Positions 18,335-28,028 of a stretch of 50,985 nucleotides of DNA are shown in pieces. The notes under the pieces are model-generated. The model was not told where the DNA came from and did not search any database. It worked only from the letters and a program-made list of their open reading frames with translations. This stretch comes from Gemmatimonadales bacterium. GTDB lineage: Bacteria > Gemmatimonadota > Gemmatimonadetes > Gemmatimonadales > Gemmatimonadaceae. The stretch is from assembly GCA_038324385.1 (NCBI GenBank), contig JBBQHX010000001.1, positions 1-50,985 of the forward strand, written 5' to 3'. Within the stretch, counting starts at the first letter, position 1; the number at the start of each line of letters is the position of its first letter. Position numbers and translations under genes: made by a program.

Positions 18335-20557
18335 ATGCAACGTGTGGAACGCAACTTCGCTGGTCGCAAGCTGATCATCGAGACCGGCCGTATGGCCAAG
18401 CAGGCCGCGGGCGCCGCGGTCGTGCAATTCGGCGAGACGATGGTGCTCGCCGCCGTCACTGTCAGCGAGACGGTGAGCTCGCTCCCCTTCTTCCCGCTCA
18501 CGGTCGAGTACAAGGAAAAGACCTACGCGGCGGGCAAGATCCCGGGCGGCTTCATCAAGCGCGAGGGGCGTCCCCAGGATAAGGAAATCCTGGCCTGCCG
18601 CATCATCGATCGTTCGATCCGTCCGCTCTTCCCGGAAGGATTCAAGAACGAGGTTCAGGTCTTCATCTACGTGATCTCGGCCGATCAGGAAAATGAGGCC
18701 GACGTCCTCGCCCTGCTCGCGACTTCCTATGCGCTGAACGCGTCGAAGGCGCCGTTCTCGGCGCCGATCGCCGGTGTGCGCGTCGGCCGCATCCAGGAGA
18801 AGTGGGTCGTCAACCCGACGTTCCAGCAGCTCGAGTACAGCGACATGGAGCTCATCGTCGCCGGCTCCAAGGATTCCATCGTGATGGTCGAGGGTGGCGC
18901 GCTCGAGGCCAGCGAGGACGACGTCCTCGAGGCGCTCGCCGTCGCCCATCGCAGCATCCAGGAGCTCGTGGCGCTGCAGGAGGAGATGCTCGCGGAGTCG
19001 CGTGCGCCCAAGATGGCCTGGCAGAAGTCCGGTCCGCCGGAAGGGCTCGTCGCCCGCGTCTCGGCGCTCGCCGATGGTCGGATCGCCGACGCGCTCAACG
19101 GCAAGGACAAGCACGGCCGTATCGAGGCCGTCGCCGCCGTCAAACGTGAGATCGCCGAGCTGCTGCTCGCCGAATTCCCGGACAACGCGAAGGACATCTC
19201 GAATCTCGTCGGCGACGCCGAGTACACGACGATGCGCAACCAGGTGCTGAAGCAGCGCGTGCGCGTCGACGGCCGAAAGCTCGACGAGATCCGCGATATC
19301 GCTACCGACGTCGGCCTCCTGCCGCGTGCGCACGGCTCGTCGCTGTTCACGCGCGGCCAGACGCAGGCGCTCGTCGCCGTGACGCTCGGGACGCAGAAGG
19401 ATGCCCAGCGGGTCGAGTCGGTCAACGAGCCGGGCGAGACGAACAAGTCGTTCATGCTGCACTACAACTTCCCGCCGTTCTCGACGGGTGAAGTCCGTCC
19501 GATGCGCGGCACCAGCCGTCGCGAGATCGGTCACGGCAATCTGGCCGAACGCGCCCTGCAGGCCGTGTTGCCGCCGTACGACGAGTTCCCGTACACGATC
19601 CGCATCGTCTCCGAAGTGCTCGAGTCGAACGGCTCGTCGTCGATGGCGTCGGTCTGCGGTGGCTCGCTGTCGATGTACGACGCGGGTGTGCCGATCCGTG
19701 CCGCGGTGGCTGGTGTGGCGATGGGGCTCATCAAGGAAGGCGATGATTACGCGATCCTGACCGACATCCTGGGCTCCGAGGATCATCTCGGCGACATGGA
19801 CTTCAAGGTCGCCGGCACGCGCGATGGCATCACGTCGATCCAGATGGACATCAAGATCGAGGGGCTCGACATCTCGATCATGAAGGAAGCGCTGGAGCAG
19901 GCCCGCGTGGGCCGGCTGCACATCCTGGGCGAGATGGACAAGGGGCTCGCCGAGCCGCGCGCCGACGTGTCGCAGTACGCGCCGCGTATCGTCACGATGC
20001 AGATCCCGACCGACAAGATCGGCGACCTGATCGGCCCCAAGGGCAAGACGATCCGCGCGATTCAGGAGGAGACCAACTCCGAGGTCTCGGTCGAGGACGA
20101 TGGCACCGTGACGATCGCCGCCGTCGGTGGCGAGAACATGGAGCGGGCGCGCCAGATGATTCAGGCGCTCACGCAGGAGCCGATCGTCGGCGAGACGTAC
20201 GAAGGGACGGTCAAGAGCACGACCGCGTTCGGCGCCTTCGTCGAGATCATGCCCGGCACCGAGGCGCTGTTGCACATCTCGGAGCTGCAGCATGCCCGGA
20301 CGGACCGCACGGAAGACGTCGTCAAGAAGGGCGACCGCGTCACCGTCAAACTCATCGATCGTGACGAGCGCGGACGCCTCCGCCTGTCGCGCAAGGTGCT
20401 GATGCCGGTTCCGGAAGGGCATGTGGAGCCGGAGCCCACCGAAGGTGGCGAGGGCGCCGACGGCGCGCCGCGGCGTGAGCGGAGCGACCGCGGTGGCAGC
20501 GGTGGCGACCGTGGGCGCAGCGGTGGCGGACGTAGTGGCGGACGCGGCGGTCGTTGA
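18335..20557 (+). CDS. pnp: Polyribonucleotide nucleotidyltransferase (PNPase) with an Arg/Gly-rich C-terminal tail
   Basis: 740 aa. Two RNase PH domains, a KH domain (IPTDKIGDLIGPKGKTIRAIQEE), an S1 domain (GTVKSTTAFGAFVEI), then ...RRERSDRGGSGGDRGRSGGGRSGGRGGR. Confidence 0.97.
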   Translation: MQRVERNFAGRKLIIETGRMAKQAAGAAVVQFGETMVLAAVTVSETVSSLPFFPLTVEYKEKTYAAGKIPGGFIKREGRPQDKEILACRIIDRSIRPLFPEGFKNEVQVFIYVISADQENEADVLALLATSYALNASKAPFSAPIAGVRVGRIQEKWVVNPTFQQLEYSDMELIVAGSKDSIVMVEGGALEASEDDVLEALAVAHRSIQELVALQEEMLAESRAPKMAWQKSGPPEGLVARVSALADGRIADALNGKDKHGRIEAVAAVKREIAELLLAEFPDNAKDISNLVGDAEYTTMRNQVLKQRVRVDGRKLDEIRDIATDVGLLPRAHGSSLFTRGQTQALVAVTLGTQKDAQRVESVNEPGETNKSFMLHYNFPPFSTGEVRPMRGTSRREIGHGNLAERALQAVLPPYDEFPYTIRIVSEVLESNGSSSMASVCGGSLSMYDAGVPIRAAVAGVAMGLIKEGDDYAILTDILGSEDHLGDMDFKVAGTRDGITSIQMDIKIEGLDISIMKEALEQARVGRLHILGEMDKGLAEPRADVSQYAPRIVTMQIPTDKIGDLIGPKGKTIRAIQEETNSEVSVEDDGTVTIAAVGGENMERARQMIQALTQEPIVGETYEGTVKSTTAFGAFVEIMPGTEALLHISELQHARTDRTEDVVKKGDRVTVKLIDRDERGRLRLSRKVLMPVPEGHVEPEPTEGGEGADGAPRRERSDRGGSGGDRGRSGGGRSGGRGGR

Positions 20558-21822
20558 GCACCGCCAACGGTTCCGCTGACGCGGCGCCGCGCCGCACCCT
20601 GCTCCCGAATGGTCTGACCGTACTCTCGGAATTCGTTCCGGGAGTGCGGTCGGTTGCATTGGGGGCATGGGTGCGCGCCGCCTCCATCCATGAGCCGCGC
20701 GAGCGAATGGGCGTGTCCCACCTGCTCGAGCACATGGTGTTCAAGGGCACCGAGACCCGAAGCGCGCGCGATCTCGCGCTCGCGCTGGAAAGCCTCGGCG
20801 GCTCGCTCGACGCATATACAGCGCGCGAACACACCAGCTACCAGGCGCGGGTGCTCGACGAGCACCTGCCGCAGGCGGCCGACGTGCTGTTCGACCTGAT
20901 CTTCCGTCCCGCCCTGCGGGCCACCGATCTCGAGCTCGAGCGCAAGGTGGTGCTCGAGGAGATCAGCATGGTCGACGACACGCCCGACGACCTGGTGTTC
21001 GAGTTGCATAACGAGGCGCTGTGGGGCACGCATCCCTACGGCTACTCGATTCTCGGTACCCGCGAGACGGTCAGCGCCCTCGGCGCCGAGGACCTGCGCG
21101 GGCTGCACGGCCGGGCGTACCACCCGTCGCAGATCATCGTGGCGGCTGCCGGCAACGTCGAGCACGACCAGCTCCTCGACGTGCTCGCCCGGACCGGGTG
21201 GGCAGACCTCCCGGCCGGGGACGCGACTCCCCTCGAGGCGGCGCACCCAGTTGCCGCGACGGCGACGCGTCGGCATGTTGCACGCGACGGCGCGCAAACG
21301 CATGTCGTGCTCGGCTCGGCGACGATTCCCTACGGCGATCCACGGCGATACGCGCTCACCCTCGTGAGCACCGTGCTCGGAGCGGGGATGAGCTCGCGGC
21401 TGTTTCAGAAGGTTCGTGAGGAGCTGGGGCTGGCCTACAGCGTGTATACCTATCAGTCGTTCCATGCGGACACGGGGATGCACGGGGTATATGTCGGAAC
21501 CGCGCACAACACGGCGGCCGATGCGCTCCAGGTGATCGAGGACGAGCTGGCACTGGTGGTGCGGGATGGGATTCCCGCGGATGAGTTCGCGTCAGGCAAG
21601 GCGCAGCTCAAGGGCGCCGTCACGTTCTCGCTCGAGAGTGTGAGCTCGCGGATGTATCGCGCAGCGGCGACCGACCTGTACGGGATTCCGTTCCGTCCGC
21701 TCGACGAGGTGCTGGCCCTCGTCGATGCGATCACCCCCGACGACGTCGCGGGTGTGTGCCGGGATTTCTTCTCGCCAGATCAGCAGTCGATTCTCACGCT
21801 GGGACCGGCGCGCCGCATATAG
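20554..21822 (+). CDS. M16 family zinc peptidase (insulinase-like)
   Basis: TTG start overlaps the pnp stop (TTGA). LPNGLTVL..., inverted zinc motif HLLEHMVFKGT; 422 aa. Confidence 0.87.
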   Translation: MSTANGSADAAPRRTLLPNGLTVLSEFVPGVRSVALGAWVRAASIHEPRERMGVSHLLEHMVFKGTETRSARDLALALESLGGSLDAYTAREHTSYQARVLDEHLPQAADVLFDLIFRPALRATDLELERKVVLEEISMVDDTPDDLVFELHNEALWGTHPYGYSILGTRETVSALGAEDLRGLHGRAYHPSQIIVAAAGNVEHDQLLDVLARTGWADLPAGDATPLEAAHPVAATATRRHVARDGAQTHVVLGSATIPYGDPRRYALTLVSTVLGAGMSSRLFQKVREELGLAYSVYTYQSFHADTGMHGVYVGTAHNTAADALQVIEDELALVVRDGIPADEFASGKAQLKGAVTFSLESVSSRMYRAAATDLYGIPFRPLDEVLALVDAITPDDVAGVCRDFFSPDQQSILTLGPARRI

Positions 21823-21912
21823 CGGGCACCGGGGTTCGTTCCCGCGCCGCGTGGCTCCGTGCCCGTTGCGCTCGATCGTTCACTCTGTTCCGACCGCAGG
21901 TACAACGTCACC

Positions 21913-23028
21913 ATGAAGATCGGCGTCCCCAAAGAGATCAAGACCAACGAGAACCGCGTCGCCCTCGTCCCCGCTGGAGCCGAGGCGCTCGTCGCCTCCG
22001 GGCACAGCGTGTTCATCGAGCGCGGCGCGGGTGAGGGAAGTGGATTCAGCGACCAGCTGTACGAGCGCGCTGGCGCCTCCATCAGCCCCGACGCCGACGA
22101 CGTGTGGCGTCAGGCGGACATGATCATGAAGGTGAAGGAGCCGATCGCCATCGAGTGGCCGCGCATGCGCGATGGGCAGACGGTGTTCACTTACTTTCAC
22201 TTCGCCGCGGACGAAAAGCTGACGACGGCGTGCATCGGCAGCGGTGCGACCTGTATCGCCTACGAGACGGTGGAGCTCCCGACACGTGAGCTGCCGCTTC
22301 TCACGCCGATGTCGGAAGTGGCGGGGCGGATGGCGGTGCAGCAGGGCGCCAAGTACCTCGAGAAGCTGTACGGCGGGCGCGGCGTGCTCCTCGGCGGCGT
22401 CCCGGGCGTGGCGCCGGGCAACGTCGTGATCCTCGGTGGCGGGGTGGTCGGCGTCAACGCGGCCAAGATGGCCGCCGGACTGGGCGCCCAGGTCACCGTG
22501 CTGGACATCTCGCTCGAGCGGCTTCGCTACCTCTCCGACGTGATGCCGGCCAACGTGCGCCTCATCTACTCGAATCGCCACAATATCCTCGAGGCGATTG
22601 GCACGGCCGACCTGGTTGTGGGCGGTGTGCTGATTCCCGGCGCCAAGGCGCCGAACCTGGTGCGTCGCGAGGATCTCTCGCTCATGCAGCCGGGTGCGGT
22701 GATCGTGGACGTCGCGGTCGACCAGGGCGGATGCGTCGAGACGATCAAGCCGACCACGCACGAGGACCCGACGTACGTCGTGGATGGCGTGATCCATTAC
22801 GGCGTCGCCAACATGCCGGGCGCAGTCCCGCGCACGTCGACGCTGGCGCTCACGAACGCCACCCTTCCGTACGCCCTGCTGCTCGCCAACAAGGGGTGGA
22901 AGCAGGCGTTACGAGACAACGGCGCGCTATCGAAGGGGCTCAACGTCGTGGGCGGAAAGGTCACCTACGCCGCGGTGGCCGAGTCGTTCGGGCTTGCGTT
23001 CGCCGAGCCCGCCGGCATGGTTGGGTGA
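21913..23028 (+). CDS. ald: Alanine dehydrogenase
   Basis: ORF trimmed to the ATG at 21913. [22 protein letters not shown]..., NAD fold [27 protein letters not shown]; 371 aa. Confidence 0.93.
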   Translation: MKIGVPKEIKTNENRVALVPAGAEALVASGHSVFIERGAGEGSGFSDQLYERAGASISPDADDVWRQADMIMKVKEPIAIEWPRMRDGQTVFTYFHFAADEKLTTACIGSGATCIAYETVELPTRELPLLTPMSEVAGRMAVQQGAKYLEKLYGGRGVLLGGVPGVAPGNVVILGGGVVGVNAAKMAAGLGAQVTVLDISLERLRYLSDVMPANVRLIYSNRHNILEAIGTADLVVGGVLIPGAKAPNLVRREDLSLMQPGAVIVDVAVDQGGCVETIKPTTHEDPTYVVDGVIHYGVANMPGAVPRTSTLALTNATLPYALLLANKGWKQALRDNGALSKGLNVVGGKVTYAAVAESFGLAFAEPAGMVG

Positions 23029-23435
23029 GGGGTGCGTGACGACGTCGGACGCGGGTCCGCTGGCGATCCTTGACGGCGGGCGCGTGGCATCCGATCGCCG
23101 CGGCTGGGGACCGGGCCGGCGTCGGCCTGGCCGCGCGCGAGATGTATCCTCCGCCAGAGTCGCGCGTCCGTGCCGAGGAACCCCGAACGACCAGGGCGGG
23201 GCCGGGTTGACGCGGCGATCGGTGCGGCCGCGTCAGGCAGCGGGACGGAGACGGCCGCGTCCCGTGTGACCTGCGGCACCAGACGCCGCCGCGTCGTGCA
23301 GCCGCGATGCGCAGAACCCCGGTCGCCAACTGGAAAACGCCTTGTCGCCTCTGAACGCCGCGACTAGGTTGACAGCGTACTACGCCCCCCGTTGTCCGTT
23401 ACGAGACGCGCTCTCGCGTCCGCTACCGTGTCTGC

Positions 23436-24473
23436 ATGCGCTGGCCCTTCTTCAAACGCGGTTCGCTCTTTCCCGCCAACGCGATTGCCGTCGATCTCGG
23501 AACGGCGAACACCCTCATCTACGTCAAAGGTGAGGGCATCGTGCTCAACGAGCCGTCGGTCGTCGCGATCGACCGGGAAACGAAGAAGATCAAGGGCGTT
23601 GGCCTCGAGGCCAAGCGCATGCTCGGGCGAACGCCCGAGGGTGTGCTCGCCGTCAGGCCGATGAAGGACGGCGTCATCGCCGACTTCGACGTCACCGAGA
23701 AGATGCTGCGCTACTTCCTGGCGCTCATTATCGAGAACCATCTCTTCAAGGTGAAGCCGCGCGTCATCATCTGTGTCCCCAGCGGGATCACGGAGGTGGA
23801 GAAGCGCGCGGTGCGCGACAGCGCGCTCGGCGCCGGCGCCAAGGAAGTGTTCATGGTCGCGGAGCCGATGGCTGCTGCCATCGGCGTCGGGCTTCCGGTG
23901 GACACCCCGACCGGCAACATGGTGATCGACATCGGGGGCGGCACCACCGAGATCGCCGTCATCGCGCTCTCGGGAATCGTCAGCGATACCTCGATTCGCA
24001 CCGGTGGCGACGAACTGGACATCGCGATTGTCCAGTTCATGCGCAAGAACTACAACCTGCTGATCGGCGAGCCGACGGCGGAGCAGATCAAGATCCAGAT
24101 CGGGTCAGCCTACCCGATCGGTGACGAGCGCGAGATGGACGTCAAGGGCCGCGATCTGGTATCGGGGATTCCGAAGACGGTGCGCGTCCACTCGGCCGAG
24201 ATTCGTGAGGCAATCCAGGAGCCGATCCAGCAGATCGTCGACGCGGTTCGCCGCGCCCTCGAGATCACCCCGCCCGAGCTGGCGTCCGACATCGTCGATC
24301 GCGGCATCGTGATGACCGGTGGCGGCGCGCTCATCCGCGGTCTGGATTTCCTCCTGAGCCAGGAGACGAACCTTCCGATCCACGTCGATGAGGATCCGTT
24401 GACCTGCGTCGTTCGCGGCACCGGTCGCATTCTCGACGATGAGGAGAAGTACTGGTCCGTCCTGAGCACCTGA
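23436..24473 (+). CDS. mreB: Rod shape-determining protein MreB
   Basis: [29 protein letters not shown]..., [12 protein letters not shown]..., [15 protein letters not shown]; 345 aa. Confidence 0.96.
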   Translation: MRWPFFKRGSLFPANAIAVDLGTANTLIYVKGEGIVLNEPSVVAIDRETKKIKGVGLEAKRMLGRTPEGVLAVRPMKDGVIADFDVTEKMLRYFLALIIENHLFKVKPRVIICVPSGITEVEKRAVRDSALGAGAKEVFMVAEPMAAAIGVGLPVDTPTGNMVIDIGGGTTEIAVIALSGIVSDTSIRTGGDELDIAIVQFMRKNYNLLIGEPTAEQIKIQIGSAYPIGDEREMDVKGRDLVSGIPKTVRVHSAEIREAIQEPIQQIVDAVRRALEITPPELASDIVDRGIVMTGGGALIRGLDFLLSQETNLPIHVDEDPLTCVVRGTGRILDDEEKYWSVLST

Positions 24474-24480
24474 GGGTTCC

Positions 24481-25764
24481 GTGCCCCGTCCGGTCGCGCA
24501 GGGCAACCGCGCGGACACCGTCGTTCTGGCCGTCTGCGTCGCGTTGGCGCTCCTGCTACTCGTCATTCCGCGGTCCACGCGCGAAGGGCTTGCATCCACG
24601 ATGCGAGCGACCGTCGGTGCGCCGCTGGTCAGCCTGCAGCTCCGCTCGGAGCGCAGCCGGACCGCGCTCCTCGCCCACGATTCGACCACACGGGTAATCG
24701 ACAGCCTCGTCCTCGAGACGATGGCCACCGTTCCCCTGCGGAGTGAGAACGTCAACCTCCGCGCCCTCCTCGGACTCGCTCGTCGGCTGGGGGTCGAGTT
24801 CGCGGTGGCCGAGGTCATCGGCATCGAGGGGCCGGGGCAGCCGCGCACGGTTTTGATCTCGGCCGGGTCCAACGCCGGCGTGCAGCGCCTGACGCCGGTG
24901 GTCGCACCCGAGGGGCTGGTCGGGATGGTCCGCTCAGTGGACGCGACGACCAGCGAAGTCATCCTCCTTTCGCACCCGGACTTCCGCGCCAGCGCGATGT
25001 CGGCCGACCAACGCGTCTTTGGCATGGTCCAGACGTATTTGGGATCGGCCGGGACCGACGACGTCGAGGACGGCACCGACCGCGATTTGCTCGAGCTCAA
25101 GTGGGTCCCGTATCGTGACACGCTCGCGATTGGGACGCAGATCGTGACGTCGGGGATCGGCGTGGCCTACCCGGCGGCAATCCCGATCGGGACGGTCGTC
25201 GCCGAGGTGACCGCCGAGGGTTCGGCGTTCCAGCGCACCTATCTCCTGCGCCCGAACGTGAACCCGGCCGAGGCGCGTCAGGTGATCGTGGTGCGGTCCG
25301 AAGTACGCCCGGAAGGACTGCTCAACGTCTGGCAGACCACCACGGCGGTAGACTCGCTGCGGCAGGGTGTGATCGCCGCCGGTGACTCGCTCGCCCGTGA
25401 CTCCGCCGCTGCGGTCGCCGAGCTCGAGCGTGAGCGAATCCGCGCGCAACTCCGCGACTCGCTGGTGCAGGCCGCGCGGCTTGATTCGATCCGCGCCGAC
25501 AGTGCCCGTCGAGCGGGCGCGGACTCGGCGGCGGCCGCCGCGGCCGCTGCAGCGGCTCGCGCGGCGGCACCGCCGCCGTCGCCGGCTCCCACGCCGGTGC
25601 GGCCAGCGCCGGTTCGCGTCGTGCCGCCACCCGCCACACGTCCCGACGTCACCGCCCCGCCGCGGCGTGACTCGGCGCGCCCCGACACGGTGCGGCGTCC
25701 GCCGCCGGACACGAGCGCCGCGACCGGTGGCGGGCTCGCTCGTGCGGCGGGGACCCGCCGATGA
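24481..25764 (+). CDS. mreC: Rod shape-determining protein MreC with an Ala/Pro/Arg-rich C-terminal extension
   Basis: Position between mreB and mreD. N-terminal TM segment, coiled region, and MreC beta-barrel region (GLVGMV..., TSGIGVAYPAAIPIGTV). The last ~110 aa are low complexity. GTG start. Confidence 0.85.
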   Translation: MPRPVAQGNRADTVVLAVCVALALLLLVIPRSTREGLASTMRATVGAPLVSLQLRSERSRTALLAHDSTTRVIDSLVLETMATVPLRSENVNLRALLGLARRLGVEFAVAEVIGIEGPGQPRTVLISAGSNAGVQRLTPVVAPEGLVGMVRSVDATTSEVILLSHPDFRASAMSADQRVFGMVQTYLGSAGTDDVEDGTDRDLLELKWVPYRDTLAIGTQIVTSGIGVAYPAAIPIGTVVAEVTAEGSAFQRTYLLRPNVNPAEARQVIVVRSEVRPEGLLNVWQTTTAVDSLRQGVIAAGDSLARDSAAAVAELERERIRAQLRDSLVQAARLDSIRADSARRAGADSAAAAAAAAAARAAAPPPSPAPTPVRPAPVRVVPPPATRPDVTAPPRRDSARPDTVRRPPPDTSAATGGGLARAAGTRR

Positions 25765-26249
25765 CCCTCGTTCGGATCCTCCGCGCCGCGCTGCTCTTCA
25801 TCGGGCTCGTGGCGTTACATTACTCGGTACGTCCACTGCTCGGATGGCGTGCCGGGATCGACTTCCTTGTCATCGCCCTGCTGATCGTCGCCGTCCGCCT
25901 GCGTCCCGGTGGCGCCGCGGTCGTCGGCTTCGTGCTCGGCCTCCTCGCCGACTCTCTGGTCCCTGGGGTGCTTGGCGCCTCGGCGCTGGCGATGTGCATC
26001 ATCGGATTCGGCGCCTCGTGGCTGAAGGCGCTCTTCTTTGCCGACAACGTCGTCCTGAACGGTTTCTTTTTCTTTTTGGGCAAATGGGTGTATGACCTGA
26101 TCTACCTCGCCATCGATCGCCGGCTGGGTGGGTCCGATCTGATGATGCAGGCGTTGCTCTGGTCGCCGCTGGCCGCGGCCGCTACCGCTGCCGCCGGCGT
26201 GCTTCTCCTGCTCTTGCTGCGCCCCGTGCTCGAGGTCCGCTCGTCATGA
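25761..26249 (+). CDS. mreD: Rod shape-determining protein MreD
   Basis: ATGA overlap with mreC. 162-aa polytopic membrane protein in the canonical mreBCD position. Confidence 0.8.
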   Translation: MTLVRILRAALLFIGLVALHYSVRPLLGWRAGIDFLVIALLIVAVRLRPGGAAVVGFVLGLLADSLVPGVLGASALAMCIIGFGASWLKALFFADNVVLNGFFFFLGKWVYDLIYLAIDRRLGGSDLMMQALLWSPLAAAATAAAGVLLLLLLRPVLEVRSS

Positions 26250-28021
26250 GCTTTCATCCCCACGACGTCCGCCGCCGCGCCTTCGCCGCCGCGCTGCTCG
26301 TGATCCTGCCGCTGGTCCTGCTGGGGGCGGCGTTTTTCCGCACGCAGGTGCTCGAGCACGATCAGTTCGCGCTCCGCAGCGAGACCAATCGGCTGCGCCC
26401 GATCCCGCTGCCGGCCCCGCGCGCCGCGATCTACGATCGCCACGGGCGGATCATCGCCGAGAGCGTGCCGGGGTACACGGTGTCGCTCATCGCGAAGAAC
26501 GCCGACAGCCTGCGCACCACCCTCGACCGGCTTGCCGAGTCGATCGACCTGGATCAGCGTCAGATCGAGGCGACGATGCGCCGCTACGCGGCGATGCCGA
26601 GCCGGCCGGCGCTCGTCCTCGCCGACGCGCGATTCGATCTCGTCTCGGTGCTCGAGGAACTGCGGGCGGATTTTCCCGGACTGATCATCCAGGCCTCGCC
26701 GCGGCGCTACTACCCCGAAGGGGAGGCTGTCTCGGCGTTCGTCGGCTACACGGGTGAGATCGGCGAGCGGGAGCTCGCCCAGCCGGAGTACGCCGACTAC
26801 AAGGCGGGGCAGCAGATCGGGAAGGACGGTCTGGAGCGCAGCTACGAGGAGCGGCTGCGCGGGCGCGAGGGGACGCGCTACGTCGAGGTCGACGCGCGGA
26901 ATCGCATCGTGCGCGAGCAGGGCGCCCGGACGGAACGGCCGCCCGAAACTCCGCAAGCGCTGATGACCAACATCGATCTCAACCTGCAGAAGTACGCCGC
27001 CAGCCTGTTCGGCGACTCGCTGCAGGGCGGGATCGTGGTCATGGATCCGCACACCGGCGGGGTGCTCGCCCTCCATAGCGCGCCCGGCTACGACCCGAAC
27101 CGGTTCATCGGCGGCGTCTCGCATTCGTACTACGACTCGTTGAACACAGACCCGCGGAAGCCCCTGTACAACAAGGCGCTGAAGGGGCGGTATGAACCGG
27201 CGTCGACGTTCAAGCTCGCCACCGCCGCGATCGGGCTCGAGCTGGGGCTGGTCGACATGGGCACGCGGATGCCGCAGCCGTGCTACGGCAGCTACGTGGT
27301 TGGTGGCCGGGCGTTCAAATGTTGGAAAAGCACCGGGCATGGCAACGTGACGCTGCAACAGGCGATTGCCGGGTCGTGCAACGTGTATTTCTACCAGCTC
27401 GGCCTGCGCATCGGACTGCGGCGGCTGCTCGCGGGTGGTGTCACGCTCAACCTGACCGAGCGGAGCGGGATCGACCTGTACGGCGAGAACCGCCCCAATT
27501 TCCCCGAGGCGTTCGCCTATTTCGACCGCAAGTTCGGTGAAGGGCGCTGGGTTGCCAGCGGAATCACGGCGAACCTGTCGATCGGGCAGGGGGAGAATCT
27601 GCAGACCATCACCAGCATGGCCCGCTTCTACTCTGCGTTGGCCACCGACGGGCATGCCGCGACACCGACCGTGGCGCAGCGCCAGCCGAGGCGTGAGCGG
27701 GTGCTCAATCTCGACGACGCCCAGCTTGCCGGGTTGCGCGACGCGATGCTGGACGTGGTGTCGTCGCGCGGGACGGCTGGTAGCGCGGCATTGCAGGGGA
27801 TCCAGATTGCCGGAAAGACGGGTACGGCGCAGAACTCCCAGGGGGCCGATCACGCCTGGTTCGTCGGCTTCGCGCCGGCCGAGCACCCGACGATGGTCGT
27901 CGCGGTGATGGTCGAGTTCGGGCTCAGCGGCGGCGTGGCCGCCCGCCTGGCCTCCAAGGTCATCGGGTACCACCTCCAGGCCCCCACGGCGCCGATTCCC
28001 ATCACCGACGAGCCCGAGTGA
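26246..28021 (+). CDS. mrdA: Penicillin-binding protein 2 (elongation-specific transpeptidase)
   Basis: ATGA overlap with mreD. N-terminal anchor, PBP dimerisation domain, and transpeptidase motifs STFK (PASTFKL), SCN (AGSCNVYF) and KTG(T) (AGKTGTAQ). Confidence 0.92.
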   Translation: MSFHPHDVRRRAFAAALLVILPLVLLGAAFFRTQVLEHDQFALRSETNRLRPIPLPAPRAAIYDRHGRIIAESVPGYTVSLIAKNADSLRTTLDRLAESIDLDQRQIEATMRRYAAMPSRPALVLADARFDLVSVLEELRADFPGLIIQASPRRYYPEGEAVSAFVGYTGEIGERELAQPEYADYKAGQQIGKDGLERSYEERLRGREGTRYVEVDARNRIVREQGARTERPPETPQALMTNIDLNLQKYAASLFGDSLQGGIVVMDPHTGGVLALHSAPGYDPNRFIGGVSHSYYDSLNTDPRKPLYNKALKGRYEPASTFKLATAAIGLELGLVDMGTRMPQPCYGSYVVGGRAFKCWKSTGHGNVTLQQAIAGSCNVYFYQLGLRIGLRRLLAGGVTLNLTERSGIDLYGENRPNFPEAFAYFDRKFGEGRWVASGITANLSIGQGENLQTITSMARFYSALATDGHAATPTVAQRQPRRERVLNLDDAQLAGLRDAMLDVVSSRGTAGSAALQGIQIAGKTGTAQNSQGADHAWFVGFAPAEHPTMVVAVMVEFGLSGGVAARLASKVIGYHLQAPTAPIPITDEPE

Positions 28022-28028
28022 CCTTTCG

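Noticed and set aside
18194-20668. Very long antisense ORFs opposite well-recognised genes: 18194..20668(-) opposite pnp, 15015..16988(-), 26102..28135(-) opposite mrdA, 29877..32249(-) opposite accD/folC/hisS, 45460..47886(+) opposite purF/purL, 3901..4971(-), 6884..8062(-), 8505..9806(-), 11535..12932(-), 13346..14713(-), 32650..34422(-), 34116..35384(-).
   Set aside because: Their translations are Arg/Ala/Gly/Pro-rich with no recognisable motifs. The opposite strand encodes textbook proteins in each case. Stop-poor shadow frames are expected in high-GC DNA.
22961-23367. ORFs in the ald-mreB gap: 22961..23329(-), 22965..23279(-), 22994..23269(+), 23170..23367(+).
   Set aside because: They are Arg/Pro-rich, mutually overlapping and have no domain signatures. 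The region is treated as non-coding.
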